From IMG/VR virus record IMGVR_UViG_3300049793_000366, positions 443,911 to 507,910 of that record: a stretch of 64,000 nt of DNA; one strand, given 5' to 3'. The translations under genes were made by a program, and so were the position numbers. Below, in pieces: positions 19,083 to 27,137 of the stretch. Numbering within the stretch: the stretch's first letter is position 1; each line of letters begins with the position of its first letter. A model generated the notes under the pieces. It saw only the letters and a program-made list of their open reading frames with translations. It did no database searches and was not told where the DNA came from.

Positions 19083-19341
19083 AGAATCACAACTAATAGA
19101 AGGCTATGAGAATTTCAAAGGCTTTGAAGTAAACTCTATTGTCATATGCGTAGATGCCAAAGATTGCATATCCATCAAAGAAGGTGATGAGTATACCGTA
19201 TTGAACCAACCACACTATCATAACATGAGAGGCGTTGGTGTAGAGGTTAGTAGTCCAGGTACTTCTAATTTTTATCATCCAGGTCGATTCATCAGTAAAG
19301 AAGAACTAAGAAATAAGAAAATCCAAACCATATTAGAATGA
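19075..19341 (+). CDS. CIK-like protein with C-tag
   Basis: VICVD; LRNKKIQTIL. Confidence 0.7.
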   Translation: MSKESQLIEGYENFKGFEVNSIVICVDAKDCISIKEGDEYTVLNQPHYHNMRGVGVEVSSPGTSNFYHPGRFISKEELRNKKIQTILE

Positions 19342-19640
19342 CTGTACAATTTCATAGAACAGACACCGAGAAGTTTATACTACTCATCTTCACTGGTGGA
19401 TCTCCGCTCGATAACCGCAAAGCTCTGGATAACTACCTAAGCGATTTAAAAGTTGATGATAACGGAGAATATGTAGATTATAACCGCTATGACTTCTGTG
19501 ATATCAAATACTATATGGATGTCTTATGCCTCTTATATAAGAAACCACACAGCTTAAACGATGAAGATTTTGTTGATTATAATAAGAACTATCCAACAGC
19601 ACTGAAAAGAATTAAAGGACTAAATAAATTACTGGTATGA
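19338..19640 (+). CDS. C-tag hypothetical protein
   Basis: KRIKGLNKLL. Confidence 0.65.
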   Translation: MTVQFHRTDTEKFILLIFTGGSPLDNRKALDNYLSDLKVDDNGEYVDYNRYDFCDIKYYMDVLCLLYKKPHSLNDEDFVDYNKNYPTALKRIKGLNKLLV

Positions 19641-19831
19641 GCCAACGAATGGAAGAATTTAACTACGTAAGTGGTGGGCATCACAATAAATTAATTGTGG
19701 TTGATATATTATATATGCTAAAGAAACAAATGCGAACAGAAGCTTTTCATAGACCAATTGAAATAGTATCAGACTCAAAAGAACTTCTTATAATCGCGGA
19801 TTATGTCAAAAACAATAAGATAAAATTCTAA
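19637..19831 (+). CDS. Hypothetical protein
   Basis: Coupled ORF. Confidence 0.6.
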   Translation: MSQRMEEFNYVSGGHHNKLIVVDILYMLKKQMRTEAFHRPIEIVSDSKELLIIADYVKNNKIKF

Positions 19832-20092
19832 ATGAAATGTATCTGTCATAACGATTTGCTTGAAGGAACAAGGTCAGCTTTCATCAAAGGTAACATATAT
19901 GAATATAGTATCTACAACAACGGTAAAACCATATCACTTGGTGGAACTTTCATTGACTTCGAAGGATTCGAATATGTGGCAGACAAACAAGCACTATCAA
20001 TTGATATGTTCACCCATTACTTTAGAGATTTAGAAGAACACAGAGATTTAACCATCAATACACTATTAGAATGGCAATGTACCAAGAAGTAA
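19832..20092 (+). CDS. CIK-family protein with C-tag
   Basis: MKCICH; HRDLTINTLL. Confidence 0.75.
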   Translation: MKCICHNDLLEGTRSAFIKGNIYEYSIYNNGKTISLGGTFIDFEGFEYVADKQALSIDMFTHYFRDLEEHRDLTINTLLEWQCTKK

Positions 20093-20322
20093 GAGATATA
20101 GTTTGCACATCATCCAAACTATACCCACAATATATTAAAGGTAAACACTATCGTGGTAACTTTAGGTTATATTGCTGGGATGTCGTAGATGAATACAATA
20201 ACATGATGAACTATGGTATAGATAAATTCAATGAGTATTTCACCGAGTTAGAAGAATTAAGAGATAATAAGATTAAAACAATATTAGATAATGAAGTTCA
20301 AACCAATATTCAGCATAGGTGA
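20071..20322 (+). CDS. CIK-family protein with C-tag
   Basis: IVCT; LRDNKIKTIL. Confidence 0.7.
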   Translation: MAMYQEVRDIVCTSSKLYPQYIKGKHYRGNFRLYCWDVVDEYNNMMNYGIDKFNEYFTELEELRDNKIKTILDNEVQTNIQHR

Positions 20323-20521
20323 CTTAGTATATGTGGACACCAATACAATAGCAACCATTCTAAGAACCCGCGCCAATATAGAATTTCTCATCGAATACGA
20401 AATGTCAAAGAAATACATCAATATGTCAGCTAAACGAAAATACTGGGTCTATTATGAAGTCTTGGTCAAATATAACACAGGTATCATACGCGAACAAAAG
20501 CTCAATAATCTATTACAATGA
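20291..20521 (+). CDS. C-tag protein (SH3-like start)
   Basis: FSIGDLVYV; IREQKLNNLL. Confidence 0.7.
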   Translation: MKFKPIFSIGDLVYVDTNTIATILRTRANIEFLIEYEMSKKYINMSAKRKYWVYYEVLVKYNTGIIREQKLNNLLQ

Positions 20522-20751
20522 AAGCAAAATGTATTAAACCAATCATAGATGAATTCGGAGACCATCAAATGGAACTAATACTGAATGAGAACTATGAATA
20601 TAGAATAATACTGACCGATAAACCGGCTGATAGGTTCATTTATAAACTCATCGTAAAAAATAAAGAATATTCATTAACAACAGAGTATTTCGATAGATAT
20701 CTACTCGACATAACCATTCATAGAGATAACCAACTCGATACACTATTATGA
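20518..20751 (+). CDS. CIK-family protein with C-tag
   Basis: MKAKCIK; HRDNQLDTLL. Confidence 0.75.
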   Translation: MKAKCIKPIIDEFGDHQMELILNENYEYRIILTDKPADRFIYKLIVKNKEYSLTTEYFDRYLLDITIHRDNQLDTLL

Positions 20752-21017
20752 GCAAGAAAGAAGAAATATCACTCATCTGTATAGAAGATATTGTAGACCT
20801 GTTCACCAAAGTCGCACAGTTTAAGAAAGGCATAACCTACAAAGCATTCTTAGACCCACTACACATTGTCTACATCTATAATGAATCAGGCGCACTCTTC
20901 CAAAAGTATAACCTGATGAATACCTATGAACACGATGAATATACAAAACACTTCGAGATACCCTGGAGACACCGCGATAATAAAATAAACAATATATTGG
21001 AAGAACATGGGAACTGA
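20748..21017 (+). CDS. CIK-family protein with C-tag
   Basis: LICIED; HRDNKINNIL. Confidence 0.75.
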   Translation: MSKKEEISLICIEDIVDLFTKVAQFKKGITYKAFLDPLHIVYIYNESGALFQKYNLMNTYEHDEYTKHFEIPWRHRDNKINNILEEHGN

Positions 21018-21243
21018 ATTAAGAATATGTCGGTGCGTCAATGATGCCTATATCGGTTACCGATTAACTATTGAATATAAATTCAGCGTGGTGTATGTAA
21101 ACCAACACGTAGATATCTATCGGGTCTATTTGGAAGATAGGTCAACCTTTAACCATTTCACCAAACTACAATTCAATAAATGCTTCATCGATTTAACCGC
21201 CATAGAAGAAAGAGATACTAACATTCAAAAAGTATTAGAGTAA
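21007..21243 (+). CDS. CIK-family protein with C-tag
   Basis: CRCVN; ERDTNIQKVL. Confidence 0.7.
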   Translation: MGTELRICRCVNDAYIGYRLTIEYKFSVVYVNQHVDIYRVYLEDRSTFNHFTKLQFNKCFIDLTAIEERDTNIQKVLE

Positions 21244-21464
21244 TGGAAAAGGAAGAAGAATTAATCATCCGGTGCATAAAAGACACACCCAGCTTTTTTA
21301 AAGATAAATGCTATAAAGCAGTTATCAATCATATAGACCACGAGATTAACATATTCAGTGAATATTTAAAGGTAGAATTTGAATATCCATCCTATTACTT
21401 CAATGAACATTTCCAATTAGAATGGCAACGCCGTGACCAAATTATAGACTCAATACTCAAATGA
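21243..21464 (+). CDS. CIK-family protein with C-tag
   Basis: IRCIKD; RRDQIIDSIL. Confidence 0.75.
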   Translation: MEKEEELIIRCIKDTPSFFKDKCYKAVINHIDHEINIFSEYLKVEFEYPSYYFNEHFQLEWQRRDQIIDSILK

Positions 21465-21721
21465 AAGCAATCTGTATTAAACCCATCATTGAACACATAA
21501 ACTGGGAAACCATCACTCTATCCGAAGGAGTCATATATGAGTATGAACTGATGATTGATACCGCCCAAGCCACCTTCGGAAGAGTCTATCAAGTTATGAT
21601 AAATAATAACCCATATAGTATGAAACCAGAATTCTTTAACAAACATCTTAAAACCATTGACGAACACCGAGAGAAACAATTAGACAAACTATTAAATGAA
21701 GATAAAAGCCATCTGTATTAA
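21461..21721 (+). CDS. CIK-family protein with C-tag
   Basis: MKAICIK; HREKQLDKLL. Confidence 0.75.
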   Translation: MKAICIKPIIEHINWETITLSEGVIYEYELMIDTAQATFGRVYQVMINNNPYSMKPEFFNKHLKTIDEHREKQLDKLLNEDKSHLY

Positions 21722-21947
21722 AACATTCAAAGTCGGCTATGGAATCAAAGAATCCAACTTCATCGAAGGGGAAATCTATGACTATGAACGACTACTCATC
21801 GGTATTATGAATAATGATACCAGAGAATATAGAATACATTCGGGTGATAACCATTTCAAATTAAACCCGCAATTCTTTAAACAACACCTGATGGACTTAG
21901 AACTATACAGAGAGAAACAATTAAAAGACGTATTGAATGAGCGATAG
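21696..21947 (+). CDS. CIK-family protein with C-tag
   Basis: KAICIK; YREKQLKDVL. Confidence 0.75.
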   Translation: MKIKAICIKTFKVGYGIKESNFIEGEIYDYERLLIGIMNNDTREYRIHSGDNHFKLNPQFFKQHLMDLELYREKQLKDVLNER

Positions 21948-22311
21948 AATGATACCAGAACAATTAGATACACTTATCTGTATTGAAGACTATTATGAAA
22001 AACTCACCTATGGTAACTATAAACTGAACATCCTATTCAAAAAAGGCAAACAATACATCGCCTATGAACTCAGAGGTATAGTCTATGTACTAAATGAACA
22101 AAGCCTATTCGTACAGTTTAACCTTCTCACCAGTAAAGAACTATCCGATTACAATAGACACTTTACCGTACTAAGTACACACAGAGAAACATTGATTGAT
22201 TCTATTATTACTAATAACATTGAGAAAGATGAAACGGTTAAAGAAAGCGAGCCGCAGGCGAGCTGTAGAGCTTCCGAACCCTTAAATTCATTAAATCCTC
22301 CGCGAGATTAG
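21937..22311 (+). CDS. CIK-family protein with C-tag
   Basis: LICIED; HRETLIDSII; 3' extension runs through a GC-rich hairpin. Confidence 0.7.
   Translation: MSDRMIPEQLDTLICIEDYYEKLTYGNYKLNILFKKGKQYIAYELRGIVYVLNEQSLFVQFNLLTSKELSDYNRHFTVLSTHRETLIDSIITNNIEKDETVKESEPQASCRASEPLNSLNPPRD
22246..22264 (+). other. GNA-triloop DNA hairpin with tandem GA mismatches
   Basis: AGC-GA-GCC-GCA-GGC-GA-GCT. Confidence 0.55.
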
Positions 22312-22333
22312 TCGAAATTAACCATATTCCACC

Positions 22334-22570
22334 ATGATAACATTTACCAAACAATGCATCTGTATAAACGACAAGAACCCAGTATCACAGGAACAAACCC
22401 TGTTCAGAAAAGGAACCATCTATGGCTACGAATTTATGACAGAAGGTATCTATAAAGACGAATACGTTCTGAGCATTAATACAATGGGTCTTCCACCAGA
22501 TATGTTCAACCACTATATGATGGACTTACAAGAATACAGAGAGAAACTACTAAACAACCTAACCGATTAG
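22334..22570 (+). CDS. CIK-family protein with C-tag
   Basis: QCICIN; YREKLLNNL. Confidence 0.75.
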   Translation: MITFTKQCICINDKNPVSQEQTLFRKGTIYGYEFMTEGIYKDEYVLSINTMGLPPDMFNHYMMDLQEYREKLLNNLTD

Positions 22571-22573
22571 AAA

Positions 22574-22792
22574 ATGGGCTATATTACCACCGTCATATGT
22601 ACCGAAACTGTTAAGAATATTACCATAGAGTATAAGAAAGGTCAACACTATGAAGCATACTTCTACCTCGATAAAGTTAGTATCAACCATAACAATACCT
22701 CGATAGAATATGAATGTGATGAATTTTTTAAAGAACACTTCAAACCACTCTATAAACACCGAGATAATCAAATCAATAACATATTAGATTAA
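22574..22792 (+). CDS. CIK-family protein with C-tag
   Basis: VICTE; HRDNQINNIL. Confidence 0.75.
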   Translation: MGYITTVICTETVKNITIEYKKGQHYEAYFYLDKVSINHNNTSIEYECDEFFKEHFKPLYKHRDNQINNILD

Positions 22793-23112
22793 TGTACACC
22801 GAAGAAGAATTAGAATATACCTGGCAAAACTATCATAAGAATCAAAAACATTGGTTCAAATGTATATGTATAAAATCATTCGGTATATACGAAGCCGGTA
22901 ACATATATGAATATAACATAAACAAAACAAATGTCACCGATACCTCAAACGGCTATAAATCATATATCAAATGGGATTTCTATGTAAAGTTCGAGAAATA
23001 CCCAAAACTATACACAGATACCAATATAGTAAGATATAACCAATTCATAGAATGTATGATAGATGTATCAAAATATAGAGAGAATCAAATCAATAACATA
23101 TTAGAACAATGA
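22792..23112 (+). CDS. CIK-family protein with C-tag
   Basis: KCICIK; YRENQINNIL. Confidence 0.75.
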   Translation: MYTEEELEYTWQNYHKNQKHWFKCICIKSFGIYEAGNIYEYNINKTNVTDTSNGYKSYIKWDFYVKFEKYPKLYTDTNIVRYNQFIECMIDVSKYRENQINNILEQ

Positions 23113-23342
23113 TTCAGATAGATTCATGTACAACCTGTCCAAATTGTGGTAATGGCTCATTATCAGAAGTTAAAGTATATCTAAATAAGAATGTACTTGG
23201 ACTAACATATAAGAAATACTCACATACTAAACAAGTATGCCTGTTCAACTATAAAACAAGCATGGGTATATGTAACTATGACTCAGATAATACATTAGAC
23301 GTTATAAGAGATAATAAACTTCAAACACTATTAGACCAGTAA
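23109..23342 (+). CDS. Zn-ribbon-like protein with C-tag
   Basis: CPNCG...C...C; IRDNKLQTLL. Confidence 0.7.
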   Translation: MIQIDSCTTCPNCGNGSLSEVKVYLNKNVLGLTYKKYSHTKQVCLFNYKTSMGICNYDSDNTLDVIRDNKLQTLLDQ

Positions 23343-23581
23343 TGATAAACACACTAATCAAACAAGGATTCGTCTATGATATGGAAGATAACCTCTGGTA
23401 TGATGAAAACATCTACCGTATCAAATATAAACTCAGAGTCAGTATTCTAAAACGTATAGACGGTTCTTATAAAGCTACACTATATACAGGTGGGTATAAT
23501 AACTCAATGACCATTAATAACTCATATGAATTAGAAGCCGCTATAAGAGATTCACAATTAGAACGATTAATGAAAGTATGA
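23342..23581 (+). CDS. C-tag hypothetical protein
   Basis: IRDSQLERLM. Confidence 0.7.
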   Translation: MINTLIKQGFVYDMEDNLWYDENIYRIKYKLRVSILKRIDGSYKATLYTGGYNNSMTINNSYELEAAIRDSQLERLMKV

Positions 23582-23820
23582 AAGTTATATGTATTAAGAA
23601 CTATAAACATACCGGCTTCGATATGATGTTCTTTATGGATAATTTATATGATGCTGATATATCCAAAGATATGGCTTATGTATGTAGCAATCAATACCTG
23701 ATGGGTAAACAAGTATCCTTTGGTATGTCCTATGATGAATTCTATGAACACTTTAAAGTATTAGCAGATTATAGAGAAGAACAAATTAATAACCTTCTTA
23801 TAGAAAACAAACATGATTAA
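23578..23820 (+). CDS. CIK-family protein with C-tag
   Basis: MKVICIK; YREEQINNLL. Confidence 0.75.
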   Translation: MKVICIKNYKHTGFDMMFFMDNLYDADISKDMAYVCSNQYLMGKQVSFGMSYDEFYEHFKVLADYREEQINNLLIENKHD

Positions 23821-24103
23821 TAAAATTATATGTATCAAAAGCTATGTACAAAAAGGTTCAATATCCTCTTATAGCTTTACTTTCTTAGAAGGACATACAT
23901 ATGAGTATAATCCATTAGAAGAGGTTGGTGGTGTGATAGTAACACTATATACAGGAGAATATAGGAACACACATAGAGTAGGATTCAATATTACCCGTGG
24001 TGAATTCTATGAACACTTTAAGATACTAAAAGATTATAGAGAAGAACAAATAGACAGCTTGCTTGCGAACGAAGTGAGCAGTCTGAATAATTTAAACAGT
24101 TAG
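23813..24103 (+). CDS. CIK-family protein with C-tag
   Basis: KIICIK; EFYEHFK..DYREEQI shared with upstream paralogue. Confidence 0.75.
   Translation: MINKIICIKSYVQKGSISSYSFTFLEGHTYEYNPLEEVGGVIVTLYTGEYRNTHRVGFNITRGEFYEHFKILKDYREEQIDSLLANEVSSLNNLNS
24064..24080 (+). other. GNA-triloop DNA hairpin with tandem GA mismatches
   Basis: TGC-GA-AC-GAA-GT-GA-GCA. Confidence 0.55.
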
Positions 24104-24115
24104 AACAATTACACT

Positions 24116-24334
24116 ATGAAGACAGTTTTATTATGTATGAAGAGTAATCACTATTCAGATAGACATAAACAAGAGTTTGAAAAAGGTAGATTATATAACG
24201 CACAAGTAGTCGATAATAGAGTCAAGATTACAGATGATTTAGGTAATACAAACTCATTCTCATTCATATATGTTTATCAGTATTTTGTAGATGCTGCTGA
24301 ATATAGGAAGGAACAGATAGATAAAATACTGTGA
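24116..24334 (+). CDS. CIK-family protein with C-tag
   Basis: LLCMK; YRKEQIDKIL. Confidence 0.75.
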   Translation: MKTVLLCMKSNHYSDRHKQEFEKGRLYNAQVVDNRVKITDDLGNTNSFSFIYVYQYFVDAAEYRKEQIDKIL

Positions 24335-24587
24335 AATGAGTTAAAATGTATATGCTAAATTTGACTGTTTTCGCAGATTTACATGACGTTTATGTGAAGC
24401 CTGTTTGCGGGAACTATTATAATGCCACACTTGTACCACCTTAGTTGTCAGTCTATGTCTAACCTTGTCAGCCAGTCAGAACCCGTCAGATTGTTCATAA
24501 CTTCTATTTTATCCACAATTTATGGACATAAGGTTGTTGATAACTTTCTATCAGTCTGACGGTAATCTTTTATTAAATTTAAACAAT

Positions 24588-24803
24588 ATGGAAACACCAA
24601 TCACTGATAAACAAATAGTTGAGTATTTAAAATACTTGAAGACCGAATTCACTGAACTATGTAAAACTCCGGATAGGAGTATAAAAGAAATGTCTTACCG
24701 TAGTGTATTACTTGAGATGTTTCAGATTGAGACTAACAATGAGAAACACTTCGATGTACTTAGTAAAACACTAAATGACTATCGTATATCAAAGCGTAAT
24801 TAA
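24588..24803 (+). CDS. Hypothetical protein
   Basis: METPITDKQ; stop codon lies inside a 16-bp repeat. Confidence 0.6.
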   Translation: METPITDKQIVEYLKYLKTEFTELCKTPDRSIKEMSYRSVLLEMFQIETNNEKHFDVLSKTLNDYRISKRN

Positions 24804-24880
24804 AATGCCACACCTCAAAGCCTTATTCGGTGAGCATTCAAATTATAATGCCACAGTCTGACGGAGTTAAAGTGCCACAC

Positions 24881-24899
24881 TGCTCGTCTCCGACTCGCA
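24881..24899 (-). other. GNA-triloop DNA hairpin with tandem GA mismatches
   Basis: Minus strand TGC-GA-GTC-GGA-GAC-GA-GCA, between two 16-bp repeats. Confidence 0.55.
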
Positions 24900-24932
24900 T
24901 TAAACTACCACACCTTTCGGACATATAATGGT

Positions 24933-25160
24933 ATGTTTCAATCTATGAATGAGTTAGAGGTAAAGGCTGACGGTATGTTATGCTACAATGGTGTAAAGCT
25001 TCTTAGTGTTGAGGCTTTGAGTGACTTTGTATCTCTAACTGGGTTTGAACCTTTACAGGCTTTACAGACGTACTATATAACCACTCAAACACATCAGAGG
25101 AATCAAAAGCTTGAGATTCTATTTGATGGAGTTAAAGTGCCACACCTCAAACCGTTATAG
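24933..25160 (+). CDS. C-tag hypothetical protein
   Basis: QRNQKLEILF. Confidence 0.65.
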   Translation: MFQSMNELEVKADGMLCYNGVKLLSVEALSDFVSLTGFEPLQALQTYYITTQTHQRNQKLEILFDGVKVPHLKPL

Positions 25161-25191
25161 GGAGAATAAGTTAGAAGTCTTGTTGAATTAA
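25126..25191 (+). CDS. Tag-only mini-ORF or gene remnant (21 aa)
   Basis: MELKCHTSNRYRENKLEVLLN; 22 nt identical to 27102-27123. Confidence 0.35.
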   Translation: MELKCHTSNRYRENKLEVLLN

Positions 25192-25246
25192 AATGCCACA
25201 CCTCAACGCCTTATCTGGTAAGGATTAGAATTAAAATGCCACACTT

Positions 25247-25471
25247 ATGTTTAATATAGGAGATAGAGTTAAAGAATTGGGTAGGGATTGTTATAGGGAT
25301 GAGCCTATTGAGATAATATCTACGCTCAAGGAGAATAAGCGATATCATTTAAAGTATTTGAATGTATTTAATGTACAGGGTACTAATATGTTATTCTGGG
25401 TTCATGAAGATGATATTATCTTAGACAAGGAGTATTATAGGGATAAGAAGATTAATGAGGTGTTGAATTAA
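25247..25471 (+). CDS. C-tag protein (SH3-like start) flanked by 16-bp repeats
   Basis: MFNIGDRVK; YRDKKINEVLN. Confidence 0.75.
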   Translation: MFNIGDRVKELGRDCYRDEPIEIISTLKENKRYHLKYLNVFNVQGTNMLFWVHEDDIILDKEYYRDKKINEVLN

Positions 25472-25482
25472 AATGCCACACT

Positions 25483-25902
25483 TTATCTTTCTCTATCAAC
25501 TTCCATTTTCATAATAGCCAGACATTCTTGAACATCTGCTACGATTTCATCAGCAGTAGCTTTGGTTGACTGCATGGTTTTCATAGACATTTCAATCATT
25601 CTGATGGAGCTTTGTAGGCTTTTAATAAGTCTAATCTCTTCTTCTCTTGCTATATCGAGACCTTGTTGTATACCTAACTGTACTGCACACGCCATAACCG
25701 ATTCTACGTGGCTTCTGCCCTGTTCTTTTCTGCTGTACTCTAAGTTGCGTTTATTGAGTTGTACATCGATGTTTTGGCTTGTGGCGAGTAATTTACTGGA
25801 TGTGAGCATAACACCGTCATATGCTTCGAACTTTTTATTAACGATGATTGCGTTATAGGCTTTCATAATGCCTTTCATAATATCGGGAAATGTATTTTTC
25901 AT
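25483..25902 (-). CDS. Hypothetical protein
   Basis: MKNTFPD; helical; AVQLGIQQG. Confidence 0.7.
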   Translation of the reverse strand: MKNTFPDIMKGIMKAYNAIIVNKKFEAYDGVMLTSSKLLATSQNIDVQLNKRNLEYSRKEQGRSHVESVMACAVQLGIQQGLDIAREEEIRLIKSLQSSIRMIEMSMKTMQSTKATADEIVADVQECLAIMKMEVDRER

Positions 25903-25913
25903 GTCTTGTTGTA

Positions 25914-26120
25914 TTAGAATATTGATGGGAATATTAGGTCTAAAGCACCTGCGAGATATAATAGTATCATTATAAGAAGAGATATGCCAATTTTCCAATT
26001 TCGCTCTCTTTTAAACATTTCTTTTGCTTCATCTGAATACTGTTCCATGAAGTTCAAGGAACTAAATATAACATATACTGTGAATATAAATAAGATGAGT
26101 ATTTGTATAAATAATTTCAT
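25914..26120 (-). CDS. Small two-TM membrane protein
   Basis: Two hydrophobic helices; downstream of promoter. Confidence 0.7.
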   Translation of the reverse strand: MKLFIQILILFIFTVYVIFSSLNFMEQYSDEAKEMFKRERNWKIGISLLIMILLYLAGALDLIFPSIF

Positions 26121-26163
26121 ATTATGATTAATTTATTAGTTGATATCTTTAGTGTATGGTTTG

Positions 26164-26195
26164 TAAATATACGGATAATATTCCGGATCTCCAAA
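26164..26195 (-). promoter_or_regulatory. Early promoter with dyad
   Basis: TTTGGAGATCCGGAATATTATCCGTATATTTA on -. Confidence 0.8.
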
Positions 26196-26233
26196 TGAAA
26201 ACAACTTAGATAGGGTTGTATCGTATAATTAAA

Positions 26234-26491
26234 ATGCCACACCAACCATATCATATGTTATTACCGAAGGTTCGAAATGTATCACCGAGTACATTGGGTC
26301 AGAATATACAGATTATTAACACTGCGTATATGATACCAATGCGAAAGTGTTGTGATTGTGGTAATGTGATTAATATAATAGATGATGAGTTTGAGACAAA
26401 GCCTCGTATGTTTTTGTGGGTTAAGTTGGAGACTGATTATAGGTGTTGTGTATGTATGCGTGATAATAAGATTCGTAAGATATTTAAGTGA
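26234..26491 (+). CDS. Zn-finger protein with C-tag
   Basis: CCDCG...FLW...CCVC-MRDNKIRKIF; paralogue of 42464; ATG within repeat. Confidence 0.7.
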   Translation: MPHQPYHMLLPKVRNVSPSTLGQNIQIINTAYMIPMRKCCDCGNVINIIDDEFETKPRMFLWVKLETDYRCCVCMRDNKIRKIFK

Positions 26492-26715
26492 TGTCTGGAC
26501 TTACTTGTATATGTAAAGCTGACCATGCTTATCGGTTTATCAAGGGTAGGACTTATACTTATATGATAATTAATGGGCGGTTTAGTGTTTTAAATAGGGA
26601 TGCTAAGACTTGGTATAACTTTCACGATGATAACTTCCATGATGATTCGGTTAATTTTCACTTATTTTTTGAGTCTATACGTGATTATAATCTAAATGAA
26701 TTACTGAGCGAATAG
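26488..26715 (+). CDS. CIK-family protein with C-tag
   Basis: TCICK; IRDYNLNELL. Confidence 0.7.
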   Translation: MMSGLTCICKADHAYRFIKGRTYTYMIINGRFSVLNRDAKTWYNFHDDNFHDDSVNFHLFFESIRDYNLNELLSE

Positions 26716-26716
26716 A

Positions 26717-26748
26717 TTTGGTAATACCGGACTTTATCAATATATTTG
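26717..26748 (+). promoter_or_regulatory. Early promoter
   Basis: TTTG-N20-TATATTTG, ATG at 26753. Confidence 0.75.
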
Positions 26749-26752
26749 AAAT

Positions 26753-26878
26753 ATGAAAGCATTCTTAAGAATAATCACTTTTTATAGAGTAAATGATGTA
26801 GACTACGTACCTAATGGGTGCTTAGGATTAATATTCTGGCTTATAGTGATAGGTATAGTATTAGCAATCGCGAATTAA
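26753..26878 (+). CDS. Small membrane peptide (41 aa, not in ORF track)
   Basis: MKAFLRIITF...GCLGLIFWLIVIGIVLAIAN; own promoter. Confidence 0.6.
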   Translation: MKAFLRIITFYRVNDVDYVPNGCLGLIFWLIVIGIVLAIAN

Positions 26879-26879
26879 A

Positions 26880-27137
26880 ATGCCACACCACTTCAAATGT
26901 ATATGTAAGAATGAGTATCTACAATCCGGTAGGGAAGATACTTTAGTTATCTTCATACTCAATGAGATATATCTGGTGGAGAATACCGCGAGTGGGAACT
27001 ACTTATTAACTGGTAATATCCGTAGTGGTGATAATATTTTGCGTGAAATAGTATCTTTAGATGATGTAGGCTTTAAACGCTATATGATGCACATAGACGA
27101 GTATAGGGAGAATAAGTTAGAAGCATTGCTTAATTAG
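26880..27137 (+). CDS. CIK-family protein with C-tag
   Basis: KCICK; YRENKLEALLN; ATG supplied by repeat. Confidence 0.75.
   Translation: MPHHFKCICKNEYLQSGREDTLVIFILNEIYLVENTASGNYLLTGNIRSGDNILREIVSLDDVGFKRYMMHIDEYRENKLEALLN

Larger units (their letters stand above)
24335..25246. other. Putative replication origin region
   Basis: Non-coding gaps; TTATCCACA at 24509-24517 plus two 1-mismatch boxes; GTCAG x4; 16-bp iteron-like repeats; visible C-rich to G-rich switch. Confidence 0.55.
24415..26888 (+). repeat. Cluster 1 of 16-bp direct repeats AATTA(A/T)A(A/C/G)T(G/A)CCACAC (11 copies)
   Basis: Copies at ~24415, 24798, 24841, 24865, 24898, 25130, 25186, 25229, 25466, 26227, 26873. Confidence 0.85.

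Noticed and set aside
18837-24334. Diversity-generating retroelement behind the variable paralogues
   Set aside because: No reverse transcriptase and no template/variable repeat pair differing only at adenines was seen
24798-25481. CRISPR array from the GCCACAC repeats
   Set aside because: Repeats are only 16 bp and irregularly spaced, some spacers resemble each other or contain genes, and no cas genes are in the window
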